Origin: Macrostomum lignano
Lineage: Eukaryota
DNA length: 64,000 bases
Direction of reading: 5' to 3'
NCBI GenBank assembly: GCA_002269645.1
Contig: NIVC01003327.1
Coordinates: 6,033-70,032, forward strand
A model generated the notes under the pieces. It saw only the letters and a program-made list of their open reading frames with translations. It was not told where the DNA came from and ran no database searches. Shown here one piece after another: positions 11,401-20,400 of the stretch (within the stretch, counting starts at the first letter, position 1; every line of letters starts with the position of its first letter). The position numbers and the translations under genes are program-made.

Positions 11401-14400
11401 CGACATTCCAAAGCTGGGTCGCAGCAAAGCTGTGATCGTTTCTGGCATAGCATTCTCTGCCAACTGCGACGTTGCAATGATCCAGGAGGCCAAACCATCT
11501 GCCCGAGGCCTCTGGTACCTGCCGGCTGGCAGACTCGAACTTAATGAGTCATTGGAAGTAAGCAATAACTGCAATAGTTATTTACCATTATTTTAAATGA
11601 TCTGCAAACATTGATCTTTAAAAAGTAAAGCATTAGTGTGCATTCAAGAGAATCATCTTGCCTATCTGAAACACTGTTTGTGTCCCTGAAAATATTGTTT
11701 AATAAACTTTTTTTACCTAAAGGGCCAGATACAGAATCTAGCACAGGACTGCGGGCCAGAGGGGAGAGGAAAGGGAAGAGAAAAGAGACGAGAGACGAGA
11801 GAGAAGAGAAAAGATATGAGATTTGAAAGAGAGCTGAGAAGAGACACAAACCTCGAGCGGACCGGATTGCTATTGTGAAATTTCAAAGTACCCGAGGGCC
11901 GGATAGAGAGGCTTGGCGGGCCGGAGTTTCTCGACCCTTGGTTTAAAGCATGCAAATCTTTAATCCTTTGAATAAATCCTTTCATAATTTATTCAAACCA
12001 AAACACTGGTACATCCCAGACCAATGAATCACATTTCCAAACGCTTTGGCATTTGGAACACCAAAAAAGTAGACAACTTGGAGTATTTCGACTAAAACAG
12101 CCAGATGGATGCAGGATGAAGATGTTACCGTGACTAGAGGGTTACAGAGTCGCAGTTTTAGAAACGCGTCTAAAAAGACTCTCAGACCAAAAACCGACGC
12201 TAAAACAGCGCTAATTTTTCTTACGGTATAAAAAATTCCTGCCATTTCGTCTGTTTTCTAGGACGCGGTCAAGCGCGAATTCCTCGAAGAGGTTGGACTG
12301 CAATTCGAGCCACGCCTATTAGTCAGCATCGAATGCCGCGACTGTCATTGGATTCGCGTCAACTTTCTTGGCGAAATTGTCGGCGGAAAGTTGAAGGCAA
12401 GTTTGCTGTTTTTTTCTTCTAGTCAATTATTTGGCCACAAAACCATCTTCAGTGTATATTTATTTAAGTTAAAAACTTGATTTGCATGTTGACTCTGATA
12501 GATTTCTTGTTAATAATTTAACAAGGAATTATATTTTGCGTTCGCCAACCACACTGCACTGGTCAGACGACCTATTAAATTTTGACGCTTGAGGTTGGAG
12601 ACTAGCTTTGCTTTGGTAGAGGTTGTTGATTAGAGGTTAGTTTTGGCCTTGACCTTTAGAAGTTGGCGTTACTTTATACGAGCTACGAGCGTAACACTTG
12701 GACGCTGACAGACTCGCTCGAATAGCAACAGGTCTGATTCGTCTAAGCGTCTAAGCGACCCTTTGAAAACGTTACCGTGACAAGAATCGCAAAAGAGTCA
12801 TTGCAAACAACTCACTAGTGAGTGCCTCTGACGACTCTTGTGACTTTTTTACCGACTCAAATGACTGTAGAAGCGACTGTTGAGCCACGAGCGCATGGTT
12901 GTAGAATCGTAAAATGATTCGCGAAAAAGTTGTCCAAAAGTCGTGTTAGCGCTTATCTTTCTACTACCTCCAGTAAGACTAAATTAGAGTTGTTATACAT
13001 GTAAATGCGAAATGCGATTCTATAATTCATAAAGTGATGCAGACGCGCTTTTAGACTCCTAGGATACGAATCTACGGCTCCAGAGTCATTACAGAAGTGC
13101 ACCAAAGTCACTCGCGTCACCCCAGTGTTGTTTCAGAGTCGCAAACAATAAAACGCCTCAAACTGACTCTTAGGCGAATCTTTGAAGACTTTTTGGCGAC
13201 TTTTATCGTGACATTTCGTCGTTTCAGAGTTGTCTAGAGTTGCACATCTTTCCTATTTTGCCTGTGTTATCACAAGAGCTCAGGGACGACGCAAGTGACT
13301 CTGGGATGCTTCTTGGCCTAAGTAACCGTTTTCATCGGGCCGTATGGACCAGGAGGTGCTGCTTTTGACTGCAGGCGCTCCAATGCAGAGGACGGGCACT
13401 CGCTCGGCGTTTTGTCGATTTTCAGTCTATCTTAATCTTATTTTATGCTATCTCTATCTTAACCAGTCTGTCAGCAAATATGAGCACTATCACGATGCTG
13501 TTTGAGATACTTATTTATAAATTATTTATATCATACAACCGCAATTTCAACTGCAGAACAAACCGGACGAAGAGTCTCTATGCGCCAAGTGGATCCCGTT
13601 GAAAGACGTTATTGGGTAAGTTGATTAAGAATGTATAATTACATGTCTACTAGAAGTAGTATGCATTCTTTAAATTGTGCACGAAGAAAGTATGTTTAGA
13701 AGTTACATGTAACTATTAAATTATTTCAGAGCGCGCATTGAACTTCGGTGAGTTATCAAATTTTGTCTTTAAAAATGTCACACACTTCAAATATCTTACA
13801 TTACTTCTGCATAGCTAATAAACTAACCAAATTCAGTTCAGCAGACATAATACCAATGTTAGTATTGGCTAATCATTTGGACACTCGCCGGAAGAAGCCA
13901 TCGATTCCGCGTCTGCCGTTAGCAGTCAGCTGGTCGGCGTGTCACGTGCGGCTGTTCATACATTGTCCGGGTGGCGCTGTCAGCAGCGATACGGATTCGT
14001 CTGTGTCGAAGGTGCTCTGTCGAGTGCTGCCAGATGGCGCCGGTGCCCGGCTGCCTGTGGTGCGAATGCAGCACCCGGGTAGCTTCGGGGTCCTTGCCGG
14101 CACTCTGACTGAAAAGGTGACGTACTAACTATAGTTTCTTAATGATTTTTTAGCATTTTAGACCACCGCTTGTCAATATCGAATTTTTAGACAAGTCAAT
14201 TAGCACTGACATTGTCATCCGAAGGCACTAAAAGACAAAAATATTCAATTAGTAGTAGTATGATATAAAGGTCTGAGCCACACTTATTGCTCGGGCGCAG
14301 TGCGCGCCAGCTCGCTGGATGACTCAGCCCCTTATATCACACTACTACTACCAGGAGGTCAGAGTTGCAAGGTGTCTGAGATAAATATATAATATATATA

Positions 14401-17400
14401 TATATATATTGTGTGAGGGTGTTGAGGGTGAGGGCATGTGTGGGCATTGGCATGTGGAATATTTCGCAGAACACAGATTTTTCAGAATTTTTATACTTTT
14501 AAAAAAGGAGGGCGCCCTCGCCCTCATGCCCTCACTCATTTTTAAAATCACAAAAATAAGTGAAAAATGACTAAAAACAGGTGAAAATGGTCTGAAAACA
14601 GCGATTTTTGTGTTTTTCAAATATTTTGAAAAGGTGCAATTTTCACGATTCCAGCTCTAAAACCATGAGAAAAGTTGGATTCACGGGTCAATTCAATGCA
14701 ATTTCAGGTATATACAATATGAAAGTGTCATCCAATTTAACGATAGTAAATTTTAAATACATAAAATGGCCTTCAGTAAACCATTATTTCTAGGAAATGC
14801 TTTAGATATTCAGTCAGCTATAACAAAACTACCACCCATCTTCTGCACGATACTTTTACTGGGTCTTCTGTTTGCAATTCATTCAGATTGTGTGCATGCA
14901 TGTGTAATGTTCGTCATTTTTGTCTATTTTTAGTAACAGAAAAATAGACGAACTGGAGAGAAAGAATTGGTTGCCAAAATCCAAAACCAAAACCAAAGCT
15001 AAAACTTTTTTGGTCGGATGATTTGGTCGCGAGTATTGGTCAGATTGAAATGTTGAGTGGGTGAGCGGGGGTAGAACCTCTACAGTATCTATTGAAGTGG
15101 CAAGTCTACGGGGGTCAGACAATAGCTGGCCATATTGTTGCGGTGTGAGCTTGTTTGTGTGTAGCGCGAATAGAAGCCCGAATTCCTGTGTTAGTCATCA
15201 GACTGTGTCTGCGACCCTTCGGGGCGATCGAGTGAAGTTTGCCTACTTGCTTTGCTATAGCCGACCATATTGTTGCAATGCAAACTTGTTTATGTGTAGC
15301 GCGAATAGAACCCCGAATTCCTGTGTCAATGCAATCAGAATGTCTGCGACCCTTCGGGGCAATTGAGTGAAGTTTGCCTACTCTGCCAAAAAACAACTCT
15401 GAGTCAAAATGTAAGCAAAGAGGTCATGCTAGTTTCCAAATATTCAAAAAATACTTTGTGACTTGAAAAATGAAAACTACATGGCTAAATTTTTCCTAGA
15501 AAAAATGGAAGCTAATAACCCAAGTGTACGAAATGCTCTACCAAAAAATACTATGATTCTATTATATCATTTTCTCAAATTAAAACCCACACTCGAAAGT
15601 CTCGACTAATTGCAGAAATTGATAAAGCTTACGATGAATATAAAGCTGAAATATTAAAACACACCGATTGTAAATGTCCCCCCTTATTTGTATTCATTCA
15701 GAGTATATCTTGCACATGTTGATAAATGGGCATTGATTTCGAGACAGCACATAAGGAATGATGAATTTTTCGTCATGCTGAAATTGAACATTTTCAAACT
15801 CCCCATAACCTTTGAGAAGTACATTAAAACCGATAAAATATATCGTTGAATTTATTTTTAATAAAATGGAACGAAAAAATCAAAACGATTCAAGTGTCTC
15901 TCCTGTGATCGTACAGGATCCGCTTCAAAACCATGATGCACCACCACCACCAAGATTGACAAATTTAAAACAAACAAAATCGTACGATAAACTAATTAAT
16001 CTCTATGGAGAACGTAATTTTAGATTCGGAAATTGCAGTATAACATAGAATAGTAAAACAAAGAAAAAAATACCGTCAGGTATGCCAACCAAAGCAGATA
16101 GGAATTCAACCTCCCCACCATTTCAACCAGAGGTAGACAACATGATTTGGATAGATACTCGAAATTCAAATATAACCATAATCGATATTGATAATGCTGA
16201 CCTATGCCCTGAGTTGAATGAACTGTGTATGACTCATTGTGATTGGATTGTTCAGACAAACAAGGGTCACCACTTTTACTTTAACAAGGTAGATGGATTA
16301 AAAGTAACGATTCAACAAAGTGTGGGTTTTGATATTCCGGCTTTAGTATTTGCTCCACCAGGTTTCTATTATGTCGATGGTGAAATGAAGGAATACAAAC
16401 ATATAGCCCGAAGGGTTAATTGACATGCCATATGTAATTCTTGAGGAGATAAATAGATTAATTAAGCCACAGGATAAAACAGAAAACCAAGAACCCGATA
16501 AACAAGCACTAAAAAGCACCGTTCCACCACCCACTTGTGAAGGAGTTTCAAGGTTGTTAAGTATAATTCAACACAAAAATCAAGACTATGATTCTTGGTA
16601 CAAGGTAGCACTCATACTCCGCGACATAGACAGTGGTGATGAAATGTACAAAGTATTCACTGATTGGTCAAAAGTAAATTATGATAAGTTCGATTCCGAG
16701 TCATGTAAAAGGGTGTGGAATAGCACCCGTGCCAGCTCTGCTGATGCACAGGACAGACTTACTATCGGTACGTTGAAGAAATGGGCTAGTGAAGAAAACT
16801 ATGGTAAATATAAGGAATGGAAAAGCAAATATGATTATTATGGTAGGATTTAGTATCTTGATGATAATTTCACTGACGTTAACATACCAACGTTGTTTAT
16901 GAATATAAGAAGAATAATATAATTTACAATAGCGATGGTATTTACTATTTTGATGATGATAAGTGGAGAGAACTAAGTAGTATAAATGACATATTTCTTA
17001 AAATATCACACCTTGTTAGCAGTGGGTTAAACCACCGAAAGACTAGACTTGAAATTGCAATTAAGAAGGCTGATGATAAAGAGAAGTTAAAAGCACTTGA
17101 AAAGAAACTAAAGAACACAATGAAGAATATAAATTCAATACAAGGAGCCAACAAACTCAAACAGGTAACTACTTTGTTCAAAGAGAGGTTTACTAACAAT
17201 GAAATTGAATTCGACATGAAATGGAATTTGCTAGGGTTTAACGATGGAGTATATGATCTCGCTACAGGTGAGTTTCGCTAGTATAGATATGAAGATTACG
17301 TTACTAAATCGGTGGGATATAATTACTCCGATGTACTTAGAGTTAGTGATGACGACTATGGCTTCATTGTTAATCTGCATAACCAAATCCATCCAGATCC

Positions 17401-20400
17401 AGAGAACAGAAAAAGTTGGGAATCCGTTATAGCCACAGCTCTAATGGGTAAGAATGTTGAAAACTTTATAATGTTTGATGGCGCTGGTGGAAATGGCAAG
17501 GGGGTTGAGGACAACCTACTTCTTAGAACTCTAGAATCTGATTATGCAGCACCACTGAGTCCTGATGTTTTGAATTCACCAATAAGAATAGACAGGCCAC
17601 AACCAGCCCTAGCACAAATTAATAAAAAGAGGTGGTTATCAGTCAAAAAGTAAGCGGTGTCTTGAACAATGCATTAATAAAATTACTAACTGGTGGTGGG
17701 GTTATCCAAGCTAGAAATTTACATTCAAGCCAGTGTAATGTCGTTTTACACGCAACTCTGATAGTCGAATGCAACAACAAGCCTGACTTCAGACAAAATA
17801 TTGGAGATGCAGAGAAGAGGAGAATTATCAATATTAATTACCCGTGCAAATATACAACAGATAACGAAATCATTAATTGATCCTGAGAAACACACTTACA
17901 AGGCCGATCCATATTTGAAAAGTGAGGAGTTTGCAGAGATGAAACACCTACTAGAAATTTTATAAAACCGAATGCTTCTGACATGAGAATGTATGACTCT
18001 GTTGAATTGACTTCATGAACTATTTGACCTCCAGCAACATTGAGATTATTAGTGCTACCTGGTGTTGGCGAAATCTTGATATAGTCTTCTTTCTTTTCGA
18101 AAAAACTAAAAGTTTTGTCCTCATATAGGTTCAGTATATACTTTTTGTTTTCAATTTTTGTACGAGAAATTTTAACTAAGCTTCGTGAGGTCTAAGAATT
18201 ATCCCATTACCCTGTTTCTCCTTTTCAACTTTAAACATCTTTAGCAGCCACTTGACTTCTTCGCTGGGTACTTGTTCGACTCTTTTAGCCGCATCAACTA
18301 ATACTCCGCTCCCTTGAGCCTTTTTCAACTCTTCTAGTTTTTTGTCGTTCAATGCTTTCTATTGTCTTATTATGCTTAGCATTGTTGGCTGTATTAACAT
18401 TTTTTGCAATCATTGTACCAACTCCGGAGGCTGCTCCGATACCACCCAAAATTGCTGGTAGCAAGCCCAATAGAGGAATTATTCCACCTTCATGTTCTTT
18501 CTGTTTGTCTTGCAATTCTCGAATCTTCTCTTTAGAAAGATACTGCTTTTGCTTATTTACAGTAACATACCTTGGTTTCCCCTCTCGAACATATCGATTG
18601 AGTCTGGCTTCAGTGTTTTTGTCGCTCATTTTTAAGGTCAGAATTTCTTCAAACCATTGCCTTGTCTCAAAGACACTTGAGACTGTTCTGCTGATCCTAG
18701 AGCCTTTTTAACAATGTCTTGAATGGCCTTGTTTGATTGAGAAGCTATCTGTTGCTCTTCTTCCATTCTTTTCTTTGCTTCTTTATCTCTACGTTTCTTT
18801 TTAATATATTCCAGTTCCTCACCTGCTTTAGACATGTCACTGTAGGTTTTCTTTGCGTCGAATATGTTTTTAGCTGCTGTTGCTGTTTTACCTATGGCAT
18901 CAGCTCCACTCACAATTTTACTTCCATGATTTGATAAAAAGTTTGTGACACCACTGATCATATCACCAATTCCTTCACCCTCTTTATCAACTAGTAGTTG
19001 TGAATCAGACGTTTCAATCTGACCTTTCGCCCGTTTGCAGTTTGTTCGATAGGCGCTCATTTTTAGTTGAAAAATTTGCTGGTAGAAGCTGGGATTTGTA
19101 AAATGATCCAATAATTTCTTCTCCATTCTCATCCTCAATAATGTAAGTTATGGGATTTGAGTACACAAATTTCTTAATCGTAAAAACCTCTGAAATTTTC
19201 CAATAACCCTTTCGACCCTTTTCAAAGTGCTCTTTGAATCTATAGATATGAACTTTGTCACCTACTTTAAAGTTTGGTTTCTCATTTGAAACCTCGAAGT
19301 AAGGCTTTGGTACTCGCTCAGGATGTTTAGATGCTTCTGAAGGAGTTATCAGAATCTCAGAATGGATTGTGTTGTACTTATCAACAATAGCTGGCAATAT
19401 GTGGAGCCACTTCTGGTTTCCTTGTAGATCAAATTCAAACCATAGTTTCTTTGTGAGAGTACGATTGAACCTCTCAATCATTGCATTCTTAGACTCGCCA
19501 TAAATTGAAAACATCTTGTTAATATACTCCCCGTTTTCATCTTTCTTTCTTATGTTGTCTTTTGAAAACGAGTATAGCTTGTACATATGCTAATTATAAA
19601 ACTCCTTGCCTTCATCTACACAAAGTCTCTCTGATCGTCTTCCTGATTCCTTAAATACTTTTTGGAAAGCTTCTGCAACTTCCGCTCCCGTCTTTGTTTT
19701 CAAAGGTACTGCCCAGGCGTCACGTGTAAAACCATCTATGATAGTGAGTGCATATTTGTAACCTCTTTTAGGAGGAAGGATTATTATGTCTGCATGCCAA
19801 ATTGTGTCTTTTGCATAGTGAATCATTTTTCTAAACAGTCTTGGTTTTCTGTATTCCCTATGCAGCTTCACAGCATCTTCATAGCTAAGACCCTTTCCAT
19901 AAATGGTTAGACAGTCTATACAATTGTTGGGGTTGTGAGTATGAATGCCTAATCCAAACCGAACTTTAGCCTTGATAATACGCTTTACTAGATTTCTAAT
20001 GAGTCTCTCTTTCACAGACAAGTCACTGGTTGGAATAGCATCTAAATCAGTTATCATTTTTTCATCAGCAATATGCTTCTTTGCTAGGGCTTCCTCTGGA
20101 GTTGAAGACGTTTTTTCAGCATCTCTATAGTTTTTGTCATGATAGTAAGCAGTCCAATCTATTGGTTTAATTGGTAGACTGTCATACCGAGGCCAGTCTG
20201 TAATTGGATTGAGTCTTTTGTCTAAATTTGTATCAGGCAGTTGTCCCTCAATCTTTCGAAAGAGGCTGGACTTTATCTTAAGGCTTCATCAGGATTAACC
20301 AGATCCTTCAGCCCCAACCCCATTAAGTCTCTGAACCTTCTCCATATCCTTGTCAACTGGGTCGGACGTACCTATGGTACTCGAACTTCTTTCGGACTTG

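Noticed and set aside
12000-13330. Possible element with ATCCCAGA ends spanning NUDT18 exon 3
   Set aside because: The match is only 8 bp, there is no TSD, and it would enclose a host exon.
15130-15250. Hammerhead ribozyme on the minus strand (GTC...CTGATGA)
   Set aside because: GAAA is replaced by GAAT, the stems are too weak, and copy 2 has CTGATTG.
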